A stretch of 58,710 bases of DNA, filler included, from Sphacelaria rigidula (lineage: Eukaryota): the NCBI GenBank assembly GCA_964200075.2. It is 8 parts of 8 records of this genome, joined end to end, with 100 filler letters (N's around TTAATTAATTAA, not from the genome) between each part and the next. Parts side by side here need not be neighbours in the genome. Positions count along the whole stretch, not along the records: positions 1 to 7,252 come from CAXNAA020015759.1; positions 7,353 to 14,604 come from CAXNAA020015760.1; 6 more parts are not named here. One strand, 5' to 3'. Positions within the stretch are counted from its first letter, which is position 1. Each line of letters starts with the position of its first letter. The notes beneath the pieces are model-generated. The model was not told the origin of the DNA. It saw nothing but the letters and a program-made list of their open reading frames with translations, and searched no databases. Made by a program: the position numbers and the translations under genes. This document shows positions 1 to 12,414 of this stretch, piece by piece.

Positions 1-312
1 GTCAACTTATCATACTAAAACCAAGTAATTTCTTGACGAATCATTACTTGTCCTAACCGTGAAATCAAGGGTATGGTGATATTATTCGGAGTGCATATGT
101 CGCCCCAGTGGCTCAGTTGGTTAGCTCGAAACATTCTGACGGCCGGGTCGTGGGTTTTAAATCTTGGTGCTGCAGTCACACGATCACGGATTTTTTTCTC
201 ACACAACGCCCAACGGTGGAGAGCGACTTCATCGTGGGTACACAAAATTCCACTTTACGGTCGACGAGGGAAAATGACTGCTCAGCCCCTCTCGAGAAAA
301 AAAAATGGGCAA

Positions 313-1489
313 CGGTCTAGAAAAGATATACCTCATCGTTTTTTGCCCCAAAAAGGTACGAAAAATGACCAGAGACGCGCAAACAGCAATACACACAATC
401 TAGACCGATTTCGCTCCGAAGTTTTCACGCACAGCAATAAGGGAGCTCGTCGACACCGGGGCCTCGAAAAAAAACGGAGAAAAACATGTTACCCGCGAGA
501 TATGGCCATGCGCAGAAGGACGTCTCGCCTCCAGGAACCACTTCCCCTTTCTAGGCCAAATTTCCGTCAGGTATACCTGATCTAGGAATTACTTTTCAAT
601 CGTACCTTATCTGGGCCAGTTGTCGGCTCAGAAAGTACCTGTCCTGGGCCATCGCTTCCCACACTGTACCTGATCCGACACAATGCGCAAAACGGAACCC
701 ACGCGCCAAATCCAACCATGGCGCCCACACATTCGGCTCTTTTCCCGCCCATTTGCCCTTCACGCACGCCACAACGACCACATGTTACTGACCTTAACGC
801 AACAAACATTAACCCTTGGGGACCGGACTCTTCACAACGGTATGCTTGTGATACTTTTCCCCACTTTCCCCCCACAATATTGTGTCAGTGGTAGGTATTC
901 ATTTGTGTTGTTTCAAGTCAGAATGATGCCAATTAACAAGAAGGTGTGTATCGGCATAACTTTGACTTGAAAACAACACAAATGGATACCTACCACCGAC
1001 ACACGATTTTGGAGGAAAAGGGTCTCACAAGGGTTGATGCGGAATATGACACTAGCCCCAGATCGCAACGGCACGATGTTACATGACACTCCGCAAGCGC
1101 AAAAGACCGACGCGCTGTGAGTTGTGAGTCCAGTTCTTGTGTCGGTGCGCAGAGACTCGGGAACCATTCCCGAGGAGAAGGGGGGTGTGGTCGTTGTGGC
1201 GTGCGTGAAGGGCAAATGGGCAGGAAAAGAGCCGAATGTGTGGGCGCCATGGTTGGATTTGGCGCGTGGGTTCCGTTTTGCGCATTGTGCCGGATCAGGT
1301 ACAGTGTGGGAAGCGATGGCCCAGGACAGGTACTTTCTGAGCCGACAACTGGCCCAGATAAGGTACGATTGAAAAGTAATTCCTAGATCAGGTATAGCTA
1401 GCCGGAATTTGGCCTAGAACGGGGAAGTAGTTCCTGGAGGCGAGACATCCTTCGCGCATGGCCATATCTCACGGTTAACATATTTTTCT
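313..1489. mobile_element. Foldback / long-TIR non-autonomous DNA element
   Basis: ~305-bp near-perfect inverted arms at 478-782 and 1186-1489, also visible as mirror ORFs. The outer left segment 313-477 has no right-hand partner. Lies inside SINE A. Confidence 0.8.
813..1033. mobile_element. piggyBac-type MITE
   Basis: TTAA|CCCTTGGGGACC ... GGTCTCACAAGGG|TTGA. Internal motifs are shared with 36443-36540 and 35420-35520. Confidence 0.6.
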
Positions 1490-1829
1490 GCAGGAGGAAG
1501 GTGGAGTACTAAAACAAAAGGAGAAAAAAGAACTCCTGTGTTGGCCCTCCTCCTGTGTGACCCCGGCTGATGCGCCCACATATACCGCAAGGTGTAGACT
1601 GGCGTCCAGACGAGATGGGATGACGACAAAACACACACACTCACGCATATGTCAATTTCATCGTCACGGTGGTGCACGTGGCACTTCAATGCTTGTGAGA
1701 GACAGACATCAGGAAACACGTTCTTGTGTTCTTCTTGGCGTCTCCATGGTTCGGGAATGTAGACAGTAGAGAGTGGCATCAGATGATCGCGCGTTTTGTT
1801 TCGTACAACCGGCTGTAGACGTCAAGACT

Positions 1830-2141
1830 AGTATAAACAGTGTTTTCGTGAAATTGAGAGTAGAGGATACCATTGAGAGTGAAAAGCGGTCAATTAGAGA
1901 ATAAATCGTTTCAGTTCCGAAATGCCCCTCCACGAGGCCCAATATGCTTTCTGTAGTAGCTTGCCACTGAGGCCCTTAATATCCCTGAGTAGGATATCGA
2001 TGTGTAGCTGTGAGCTCACGCAAGTGATGGAGGCAAAGAAAAGCACGCAGGGGATGAAAAATTGGCCACATTAAAGCGAGTGATCAAATCCACTCTCAAT
2101 CAGCGCTCTACTCTCAATCTCACGAAAACGTTGTTTATACT
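1830..2141. mobile_element. MITE with ~52-bp imperfect TIRs
   Basis: AGTATAAACAGTGTTTTCGTGAAATTGAGAGTAGAG at 1830 is mirrored at 2091-2141. No clear TSD. Confidence 0.6.
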
Positions 2142-2381
2142 GGACCTTTTTCCCTTTAGAACAATATCGTATCCCATTCTTACAGCCTAAGCCATGTCTC
2201 AAGAACTCATGGAAAAACGTTTTAAGAGACCATTCGGAAATGAAAATAAATCATTTGTCAGACTTGAAAATTTCACAGGGTGGAATTGACGCCTCAGGCA
2301 GAAAAAAACATCTATAGACCGTGTGTCACTTTTAATATGAATTATCAACAGCAAGCAGATGGCCCATGCCAGACGCCGCAC

Positions 2382-4247
2382 CTCAAAGTCTCCCTTTAGA
2401 GTGACACACCCCCGCAGCAGCCCCAACACCCGAAATGACACCATGTTTACCGCCGTTGCCGGAGAGATGAGGTGCTGAAACAGGTCTTCCGTCCTGTACA
2501 CACAAACAGCGACAACAGAGCGCAAGTGTAGTGCACTCAAGCAAACTCACGTATATTTACCACAACACCGGCCCGTGCAAAAGCAGAACGATGCCGTGCC
2601 GCCGAACTGAGGCGTTTATCATGAGCGGTGATAAAACAAGCGTAAATCGCACTGCCTTGTGTGCCAAGTGATCGACTGTTACTCGTAATTCCCGAACGCG
2701 TCGTTGCACGGTGATCTTCACATCGCAAGAGCAAGCGCATCATTCAAGGTCGAAATCCGAGGGCACGTTTAGCCTGTGAGGTAGACCGAACGTGAACCAA
2801 ACCGGGGCAGTGGGGACGGAAACACGTGAGATGAAAACTTAACAAGAAGTTTACTTGCAGGATCCAATGGCCAGTCGCCTACTATATGCCGGAATGGGGG
2901 GAAATTGGAACGAATGGAACCACCAAGAAAGACCTTGACTAGCCTACTCAAGCTTCACGATTAGCGTGCGTTGCGATATCCTAGAGGAACTTGTAAAAGA
3001 TGAAACGATTAAATGAACACCACTTTTTTCGCCTACTCGAATTCACCACGTTTCGAAGATCGGAATCGCCTTTCCTGGTCACCGTTATATCCACTTGCCG
3101 GAACAATGCGCGTCCCAGGCGGCCCCGGAAGCGCCCGCCGGCCGGGTTTCCTTTCTGCGAGCTTCCCGTGCTAACGTACGCGACGTTGTAATTTCCAAAT
3201 ATCTTGGGGTCCGACAGCCAGTCCGTCGTCTTGCCCATCACGTTCAGCTGTAGAAAAAATCATGCCAAACACGCACACTGTATCAAAATCAAATCGAAAC
3301 GCTTGGAAACTTCTTCGAGGGTGATCTACAGCATGTTGCTCATGTATGAGCCGGGTTTCGTCACAGGCGCAAATGACGGCGCTCTGCTCCTGTCTGTGCG
3401 CCCCCAATCTTCGTACAGGCTTTACAAGACCCAACGCGATTATTCGATGCCCTTGTTCATCACCTCGACTTATTCCTGCGCATGCTGTTACCTCGCAACA
3501 GTTGCGGTACTCCTTTCACTATGGGAGATCGTATAAGACGAGAGATCGCGCAATGACGTCCTGCGTCCACATACTTTCAAGTTTAGCCTGAGCGTCAATA
3601 TCATGATATTGGATCATAGTGTTTGTAACTTTTGCAGCGACAAGCATTTTCTGTACACTGAGATCCACCTTCCTGAATTCCAAGGCGTGTACAGCTGTTC
3701 AGCGCGGTGATGAAAACATCATCGTTGTTCTCTTTAATGCCTCGTGCCTCGTGATCACCGTAAACTGCGAACTCTCACGTAATGCATCAGCTGTGGTTGC
3801 TGGCCTTCTCTTGTTTTAAGGCAAACGAAAGCTCGACATTTTCCTGTCATACGTGAATAGGATCGAGACCGGAGATCGTGAAGCCTGCAAAGCAACCCTA
3901 AACTCTCATCGGCCGGGTTTACAGAAGCGCTTTGAATGGAAAGTCAAAAGCAAGAGAGCGACTATAACCTACAAAACTTTGAGTGTCGCACAACCTACCA
4001 TTTTCCCGATTTACAGACTATGTCACCTTTGCGTCTTGATCGTCACCTGCTCGATCAACCCATCAATTTCTTTCCGCTGTTCAGGGGAAGCATTGGCTCC
4101 CCTGTCGGTGCCCTCCACTCGCCTTAGCACGTCCGATACGATATCCGCGGCCTTCTCGGAGGCTGTGACCATATCAATCTTGTCGTTGTCTGACGCCATC
4201 CTCGCACTCGAATGCGTGCTGACCGGGTCAGATCTATCGCGTGACGC
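2382..4247 (-). CDS. PAP/fibrillin-family plastid lipid-associated protein (plant FBN6-like), partial; exons 4247-4047, 3247-3099, 2493-2382
   Basis: Phase-consistent splicing gives ...VEGTDRGANASPEQRKEIDGLIEQ|LNVMGKTTDWLSDPKIFGNYNVAYVSTGSSQKGNPAGGRFRGRLGRALFR|TEDLFQHLISPATAVNMVSFRVLGLLRGCVTLKGDFE. This matches fibrillin motifs GTxRG..AS.E.R.EI and GG.(Y/F)R..LGR.(F/L)F. First and last exons not located. Confidence 0.85.
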
Positions 4248-5437
4248 CTGACACGCGCGGATACAGAAAGACATCATTTTGGTCACCAACAATATATTCG
4301 TAATGTGTCACGACCAAGGTTGGAATTACGTCCGCTGCTGCGGTTCGACTGCTTTTCTAGGGTGAAAAACTGTACAAGGCAACTCTTCGGGGAAAATGGA
4401 ACATCGGCTTGACTACACTACACGACCGTGGCCAGTGCAAATTAAGATACCAGGAAGATTCGACAGAACCGATGGCCTACTCGTTCGCAAAATGAAAAAA
4501 ATAAGCAGAATACCTGTCACAACTCTCTTGTGTGTGTGAGGTTGTGTATAAAGCCACGCGATATGCGTGGTATGTCGAATCATTTTTCACGTTTTATCCT
4601 TCATTTTTCCGCCGCGGAAAAGCAAAAACGATGGTTTGAGTACTAACGGCATGTGCCCTCTCGATACCTTCAGCATCCCACCTCTGACCGCTTCCGATGG
4701 TTCGGCAATATATCACAGAAGCAAGGAATGGCGCATCTCTGAGCTCCTACACCCCTCGCTCTCTTCTGGCCTCAAAGAAACGTTTCACACATTGATCGAG
4801 AACCAACATAGAAGCAGTATAACGGTCTCCACAAGTAGCTCCAATAGCTGCAGGAGTGATCCGATGTGCATTCACGACCAGTCAGGTGAACGTATCTTAT
4901 GCCTTTCCTACACCAAGGAGGCTTGTAACTATGGCCTCAGAAGTCATACCCCCTACCCCGCGATGTTTTGGATTAAATGCGGGTTTCTCGTAGCCCAGTA
5001 GCGCCCAGGTATTATACTCTTTTGCTTTTTTTAATACGATGATTCGATGCGATTGCGATGCGATGAAAATACCGCAGTGACATGCGCAGCACCCCTACCA
5101 TTCCCACCCACCCCTGTTTTGCCGATTTTGGACATTTTTGGACTATGGCTCCTAAAGCAAGCTGCTGGGAGTCACGTCGCCCACATAATTTCTCTAGGAT
5201 GCGGCGAGGTCTCCAAGCGACTCCAAGACGCAGCGGCCCCACTATGTGTCTTATATGCAGCGCGCTTCTTCACGCAACTTGCAGTGCTAATAGGACGGTG
5301 CTGTTGACGCAGTTGATCTTGAGTCGCTTGAAGACCACTACGTGTACCTTTTGACGAAATATACGGCAGTCAAATTTCAAATATGGTATTCCCTCAATCG
5401 GGATTTTTTCACAGATCATTCGTCACCTTCACTCGAA

Positions 5438-5706
5438 GCCGGTCGTCCCGGTGGCTAAGTTGATGCCCACGAAACCCTCTGACGGTTGGGTCTTGGGTTC
5501 GAACCTCGGTGAAGTCACAGAATCTGGGATAACACGGTTTTTCGGCTGTAGCGCAATGAATATCGATAAAATAGAGGAATAGAAGGCATAGAATTGTTCA
5601 TTATAACGATCCAGATCGGTTCGGTCCAGCGAAAATATCAACGGGCAAGAACCGGAGGCTGTACACTCACACGACCGCCAAAGGCCGGTGAGCCCGTTTG
5701 TCATTC
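5438..5706 (+). mobile_element. tRNA-derived SINE (family B): same head as family A, different body
   Basis: GCCGGTCGTCCCGGTGGCTAAGTTG...CTCTGACGGTTGGG...GGTTCGAACCTCGG (A and B boxes). Downstream sequence is unrelated to family A; the 3' end is approximate. Confidence 0.65.
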
Positions 5707-5870
5707 AAAATTGGCCGTGTATTTTTCTTTTTCTCGGAACTTGTATCGGGTACTCATGCCTCTCGACAAAGTTTGGGATCAAACAGAAAGCGTGATGAGT
5801 CGTGGTAACCGAAAAAACTGAAATAATCGCCTTGGGTGGGAAACGTTTTGTCTAAAGTTCGGCGACTAGG

Positions 5871-6883
5871 CTTTCTTGTCTAAATTGTCCCTATTTTGGC
5901 CCCTTCACGGCACTTCGTGTGAAAACAGCCAGACAGATTGTGCTACCTAGGAATAAGTGCGAGTAGCTTTTTTGTCTGAGAGAATTTCCGCACGCGTGGA
6001 TGGTTTTTGATGCGCGCAGTTTGATTATAGGTCAACGAAACGGTGCCTACAATCAGGCCGCTTCTCGTGCTACAAAATGAAAATCTGTCCAAAATAGCCC
6101 ACTGAGGCGATTTAGTGCTGTTTTTTGCCGGAATACAGGGTTTCGAGAATTATGCCACCTCGGAAAGGCTTGCTGAAATCTCCGAGAGGACTCCAGCGCA
6201 CTTTTCTGAGCATTTGTGCGCCCAGTTTGACTTTTGGTTGGACAAGCGATTTCTTGATCAAGAAAACCTTAGGGTCCTCGCAAAAATATTGTTCCGATCT
6301 CACAGGAACGCCGTTTTTTTCATTATTTGAAAAAATGCGCTCCGAGAAAATTCGAGCGCTTTTTCCCAAGCTTCGTGAGCCCAGTTCGATTCGAGGTTCG
6401 ACAAATGATTTCTGGAACAACCCATAAAATCCTTGGAGTTCTCCCGAGAAAATATATATCGATCACAAAACGAGACGTTTTTTGTGATTGCTTGAAAAAT
6501 CGTTCGTCAGACCGGAAGTCAAACTGCACTCACGAAAGCGCGGAAAAGAGTGCTCGAATCCTCTTGGAGATCACAGCAAGTCTTTCCCAAGGTGGCACAA
6601 TCATCTAAGCCCCCCGTATTCCAGCACAAATCGGCGCTGAAGCGCCAAAATCGGCTTTTTGTGGCGAGATTTTCTTGTGGTATCACAAAAAAGCAGCATA
6701 ATGGCAGGAACTTCGTTTGTCGACCCAGAGTCAATCTACGCGCGCCAAAATTGACCTACGTGTGTCGAAATCCCCCTGGACGAAAGAACTACTCGCACTT
6801 ATTTCGAGATGGCATGATCTGCCTCACGATTTTTCACGCGAAATGCCGTTGAAGGGCCAAAATAGGCACATCTAGCAAGAAAG
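5871..6883. mobile_element. Old ~1-kb foldback element with ~400-bp diverged inverted arms
   Basis: CTTTCTTGTCTAAATTGTCCCTATTTTGGCCC at 5871 is mirrored by ...GGGCCAAAATAGGCACATCTAGCAAGAAAG ending 6883. Similarity runs inward to ~6265/6475, and an arm sub-unit recurs at ~6340-6412. Confidence 0.7.
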
Positions 6884-7252
6884 AGTGTATTTTGTCAAAA
6901 ACTACATGTAGTGGTCTCCGAAAGACTCTGAAGCTACGCCTTATCGGGCCAAAAAAAAACAGTCACGAGCAAAGCAAGGGTCCAAAACCAGCACATTGAT
7001 CGGCGATCCCGCCGCGTGATGTCGCCGGCGACCAATCACCGTACTGCTTTTGGACGCTTGTGTTGCTCCTTGTTGCTGTATTTCAGTCCGCCGAGAATGA
7101 CCTTAATCCTTAGACAGCGAACGTCGCCTTGGAACAGTTTCACAGACTGACAGTCCAGAGACATCCGGGAGTTTCCAGTGGGCGCGAGGGTGGGGGGGGG
7201 GCGGGCCGGAGAGCCAGATGGGGAGGGCACCCGTCGGCACTACACTCACGGC

Positions 7253-7352
7253 NNNNNNNNNNNNNNNNNNNNNNNNNNNNNNNNNNNNNNNNNNNNTTAA
7301 TTAATTAANNNNNNNNNNNNNNNNNNNNNNNNNNNNNNNNNNNNNNNNNNNN
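7253..7352. other. Artificial contig spacer (N44-TTAATTAATTAA-N44)
   Basis: Identical 100-bp linker with stops in all six frames, recurring about every 7.35 kb. Confidence 0.98.
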
Positions 7353-8089
7353 CATTCTCCGTTTTTCAGATGCGAAACACCATCCATGTGCTTATCCAAA
7401 CACATGACAAGCCATCGAAAGACGTGTCACAGTAAAAGATCACGGTATTCGCGCATGATTTCTTTCATCGTCAACCTCTGGAAGTACCCGCCTTATACTT
7501 CTTCACAAACGAGCCTACGCATTTCGTCGTTTCCGCTCATTTTCTCGCCAACAGCAGCAATCACCATCTTCTACAGTCAGTTTCTGCAAACCGCATAAAG
7601 ATGATTCCACTTTTCTTAGCGCGAGCAATAATGTACGAGCTTTATTTCATTCAGCACACACTCTGCCTCACTCTGACTTTTCACCAGACATCATGTACAT
7701 CAGTCACACATGCATGCTAATATTTCACTCAGCAGCTTTTATGCAGAAACCACCATGTATTATGCGTGCCAACCAGAGCAACACAACACACAGATCCGGG
7801 GACCACACCACAACCACCTACAATCGTCCACAAAACAATTCAGGAATACAAGTCAACTACATCAGTGCTTGCTCCTTGACATCACCCAACCCGGCGCTCA
7901 CCACAACATCAAGCGCCTCAGGTAATGCCTTCTTTGCGATTCTCCTGCGCTCCTCCTGAGAAACAGCAGCTCACCGGCTACAATCTCGTGCACACCGTAT
8001 AGCGGCATTTCCACTCGAACAGTCGCTCCTGGCATCATGTATACAGCTACAGCTCTCACAGCTGTGCCGAAAATCAGTGTTCAATACCC

Positions 8090-8220
8090 ACTGCACGGCA
8101 GGAACCAAACCCACCGAGGCGTGAGCATCGCATCTTCGTTCCTGCATAGTGACCTTCAAGGTACGAACAATGTCACGCATCATTCCCTCACGTTCACACG
8201 ATGTGACAACCGCGAGTTGG
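8090..8220 (-). mobile_element. Older Gypsy integrase fragment flanking the 3' LTR
   Basis: MMRDIVRTLKVTMQERRCDAHASVGLVPAVQWVLNT resembles the element's own ...WVGLVPVVQWALNT. Confidence 0.6.
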
Positions 8221-8485
8221 TGTAAACCTGCCTGGAATCATAACAAGATCATAGTGCTGCTCCAGAGGCTTCCTCCCTGTCACGGGCTCCAGAGACTTCA
8301 AGACTCAAGCAGTTATACAAACAGCAGTCTTCGTTAACCAGAAGTGACCCTTCTTTGCTCCCCTCATAAACACAATATGCTACGCATTTAATAATCATCT
8401 TCCAAACCGTTGTCATACTATCCAAACTGATATCCATATGCTACCATACTCCTCATGCCAGAGGTGCTACTGTACTGTCTCTACA
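8221..8485 (-). repeat. 3' LTR of Gypsy element
   Basis: TGT...ACA termini. About 25 substitutions and 3 indels versus 12415-12685, counted by eye. Confidence 0.88.
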
Positions 8486-9912
8486 GCAACCCCAAGCTAC
8501 GTTTTACTTGACGGTAGGAAGCGAGCTTGATCATCAGAAGACACCGACAATAAATCTGGGATATCAACAAAGAATAATCATGCAAACGATAACCAAGTGT
8601 TATACTCGACGAACACCAATCGCATGATACAATCCATCCACGAAGTACCCAGACAACCAGTCACAGCTTGATACCATACTTGGCCTTCAGACGCTCCCGT
8701 ACCTCCTTATTGAGTCTCAACTGCCGCAGTTCCGATCGTACAAATTGCGGCGCTCCTCTCCAAATAACATCCAACGGCTCCCATGAACTTTCGTCCTCGT
8801 CGAAACCTATCTACTCCACACGTACATCGTAGCCATCTCCTTCGTGAGCCTCAGATATTCCCGCGATGGCCTCCATCTCGAACTCTCCTCGAGCATATGC
8901 ATGCTGGAACATCTCCTTCAGATCCGCGGAGACCTCCAGTTCCTTGTCCGCATAGTACCGAAGACGTGCGACATGCGCACCCTTTACCTCGCCATTCACG
9001 ATATTCTGAATCTCGTAAACATGTTTTTGCTCCGCTGCCACGATCCTCCAAGGCCGTGTCAACGTACTTACGAGTTTCGGCGTTGTTCCTGAGCGCCTAA
9101 CCCTCGCAGCCAACAGAAAACCACCCATCATGAGATATGGCAACTGTCCCTTACTAGCAACACGTCGTTGCAGATGACGAGACTTCTCAACACGCTGCAC
9201 CACCTCCTTGTGCAGCTCTTGCTGCGCCTCCACGACTGACGCCACTTTCTCGCGCAGCATGTCCTCATCCAGCACATCAAGTTGCCATTCGCCACCGGTC
9301 GATGATGCCAGGGTCGAAAAGCTTGTGTGCGGCGCCCGTCCAAACATCAATTGGTATCGCGTGCTGGCGTAGCGCTCGAGGAATGCCGTGTTCAATGCCC
9401 ACTGTACGACAGGCACCAGTCCTACCCAGTCACGAACGTCGCGCCTCTCTTTTTACAGACTGTGCGCAAGATTGGCCAGCCCGCTCAATCTCTTGCGGTC
9501 ATGAGCCACTTCACCACCTGAAAAGACCTTTCCGCACCACGTGATTTGTGTGTCATAGAACATACACTCGTGCGCAGCCGCAAAAAGACCACCAACTTCC
9601 AAACGGCCAAAAATCTCGTCCAGTATACACAACAGATCATCCTCATCTTTACCCCATCACAAGATATCACCCACCCATACCTTGCACTGAAGTCCGGTCA
9701 ATAATCCTATCATAATGCCTTGAAAATACCACGTCGCATTCAACACCCCTTGCGGCACCCGTGTGCAGGTAAACAGACCTTCGGGAGTCGCGATCGTAAA
9801 CATTTCTTGTGCATCAGCCACCAACGGCATCTGCCAGTACCCCTGCAGCATATCAATCTTGCCAAAATCACGCAGCGCCTAGCAGGTTGATTATCTCCAC
9901 CTCGTGGTTAGG

Positions 9913-10229
9913 CATAACATTGGGAACCTTCTCAATCTGCTTGTTCACCGTGCGATATTCACTCACCAGTCAATAACCGCCCTTCTTCGGCGTCGCCATG
10001 GCCGCACTCGCCCACACCGCCTATAAGCTGCGAAATACGAGCCCAAGCGTCACCAGCGTCGTCATACACATACATAACATTGGGAACCTTCTCAATCCGC
10101 TTGTTCACCGCGCGATAATCACTCACCAGTCAATAACAGCCCTTCTTTGGCGTCGCCATGGCCGCAGTCGCCCACACCACCTATAAGCTGCGAAATACGA
10201 GCCCAAGCGTCACCAGCGTCGCCATACAC
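9913..10229. repeat. 160-bp tandem duplication inside the RT region
   Basis: Copies 9913-10069 and 10073-10229, with 8 substitutions. Confidence 0.93.
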
Positions 10230-12414
10230 CTTGCAAACCACGTTACCTTTACGGGGGAATACATCCGTGGGCTCGCCTTGACTCCCCTAGCCCCAGGTTT
10301 GAATATCACCTTCAATGGCTCTACACGAGCAGGAGGAACACTGCGCCGTGCTCGCCGAAAAGCGTTGACACGGCGCCCAACAACCTCCCGAAGCTTATCA
10401 CCGCCGCTCGCCGACATACCCTTATCCGCAGTCGCCTGTACTGCATGATCCAATGCAACACGACGCTCTGCCAGCTCCTCGTCTGGAGTCATGTCCATCT
10501 CGGGACCTCGCGACATCAATCGCTCAACGGCGGGACCCACAGTCTTCTTTTGTCCACCTGGGTCCTGTAACGCCTCAATCGCAATGCTCACACGCCTACA
10601 TTCTCGGAATTCAGGCGTATCTACACCTCTCACCAACGCGTGTCTTGAGCGTGCGCATGCGTCCAGCCCACTGTACACGTCAATGATCATGGCCTCCAGC
10701 GTACCGCTCCCCGATGATCATCATATCATCGGCACCTGGCATGACCGCATAATGACACGAATCCAGCACCACCGGCCCCAAGCTGGTGTGCAGAGCGGTG
10801 CGCACTAGGCACGTGTTTGACTGCATACTCCATACATTACCATCAGCTAGTTTCGCGGGGTGTGCACGAGCCATGCTCGTGACAACCGGCACATCAGGGA
10901 CCACTGCTTGCAACTGGGCCTCCACTTTTTCCAAAACTGCAGTAACAGGGCAAACGTTATTGGCTGCGGGACCAGCAACGGACAAGTCTACCCGGCAGCA
11001 TCGCTGCTTGCGGTAAACTACCACACCATCAGTCTGTATATCTGCAACCTCAGTGGTGTGCAGACCCCGCCATACCGGCACTGTCTGATGCGTCCACTCC
11101 TGAGCCGGTCCCGACGGCAGTTGGGGTTGAGCTGCAAGAGCAGGAGCGGAAGGCTGGGGCGGCACCATACCATCCGCACTACTAGCACCCCCTTGCGTTC
11201 CATCCCCTGGGAGAACAACAGCCCGTATGGGAACAGGACCTGTACTGCCCCCCCGCTGAACATGGACCTGTTGCTGTTGCTGCTGCTACGGCGGCGGCGG
11301 CGACGACTTTGCTTGCCCACCTGACGCACTCACCGCGACCTCAGGTGTGCTCTGTTTGTTACAGCTCTTCTTGTCGTGGCCCTTATCGCTACACCTGAAA
11401 CAACCTGCATAGCTCGGACCAGGTTTATGGGGCTTCCTCGAGCTCTTACCGTCACTACTCACTGCGGCGGCCGCAGCTGCTGCGCCGGCATTCGATGTTA
11501 GTTTTTCGAGCCTTGTGAGCCGCTTTTTTGCCTAAATTGCGGTTGCTGGTGGCGGTGTTTGTCAACCTCTTCAACAGTCTTCCATTTTCCCGCCAAGTCA
11601 TGAGCTACCTCATAAACCACTCTCGGTCTCTCTTTCCAGTGCCTTTTCATAAAAAGTATATTTTGAACTTTACTCTTGAACTCAGGTGGGGTCAGGCCGG
11701 CGACCATCGCTCTGGTAATGATGTGTGCTGGACCAGCCTTGAACGCACGGCCAGATGCAAGGAAAACGCACTCCGCACCTGCATTTCCCGCATAATATTC
11801 CTGTAATGAACTCCATTGCTCTTCTACTCGACCCATTGCAGTTGGTTCAGACCGTGCGGCAAGGGCTTTTTTTACCCTTGCTGCAGCTTCGGAAGGATTA
11901 ATTTTCATATCGATCCAGCATTTCGCGTGGCGTGCAATCCCTTGTTGCAATTAGTCTTCGATGAGTGGCAGCCCGTCAAAGATGGTGTCAGACACGCACT
12001 TCTGGATGTGCTATGGCACCAACTCTTGCATGGTCAAGAGTGCGCACTTAACCGACCGGCCTTTGTTACTTTTCCCCACTGCCTCCTCATATACTCGATA
12101 CCTTTGGTAAAAGCGCCTGGAAGCTTGCTCACTGAATACTCGACCATATTCGGGCACTTTCAGGAACCAACCAAGGTCAATTCGGTTACTGCAAACTTCA
12201 CCTCATCAACCGTCTCGCTGGTGCCCCCTTCCCTTCGCGTTACCATCCTTCCAACAGCCTCCTGTCACCACAGTCGCCTTGGATTCGTTTGGCCTGCGCC
12301 TCTCTCTCCGCCGCATTCTCCCTTCCCCCTGTTATTCAATGCGAGCGTCCTCACGTTCTACAAACAGTCGGGTGCAACTTCAAAACCCAACCCAGAACCT
12401 GAATACAGGTTTAT

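Larger units (their letters stand above)
99..1641 (+). mobile_element. tRNA-derived SINE (family A), split by a ~1.17-kb insertion
   Basis: Head 99-312 has A-box TGGCTCAGTTGG and a degenerate B-box. The body resumes at ~1488 and ends in (CA)n at ~1641. Both halves align to intact copies at 26091-26438 and 33385-33770. Confidence 0.8.
7353..9271. repeat. Left arm of 1919-bp inverted duplication (partner 12686-14604)
   Basis: Position x pairs with 21957-x. Contig start and end are exact reverse complements, and the ORF sets mirror each other. Confidence 0.95.

Noticed and set aside
7297..7308. TTAATTAATTAA as a biological motif or piggyBac site
   Set aside because: It is part of the artificial linker.
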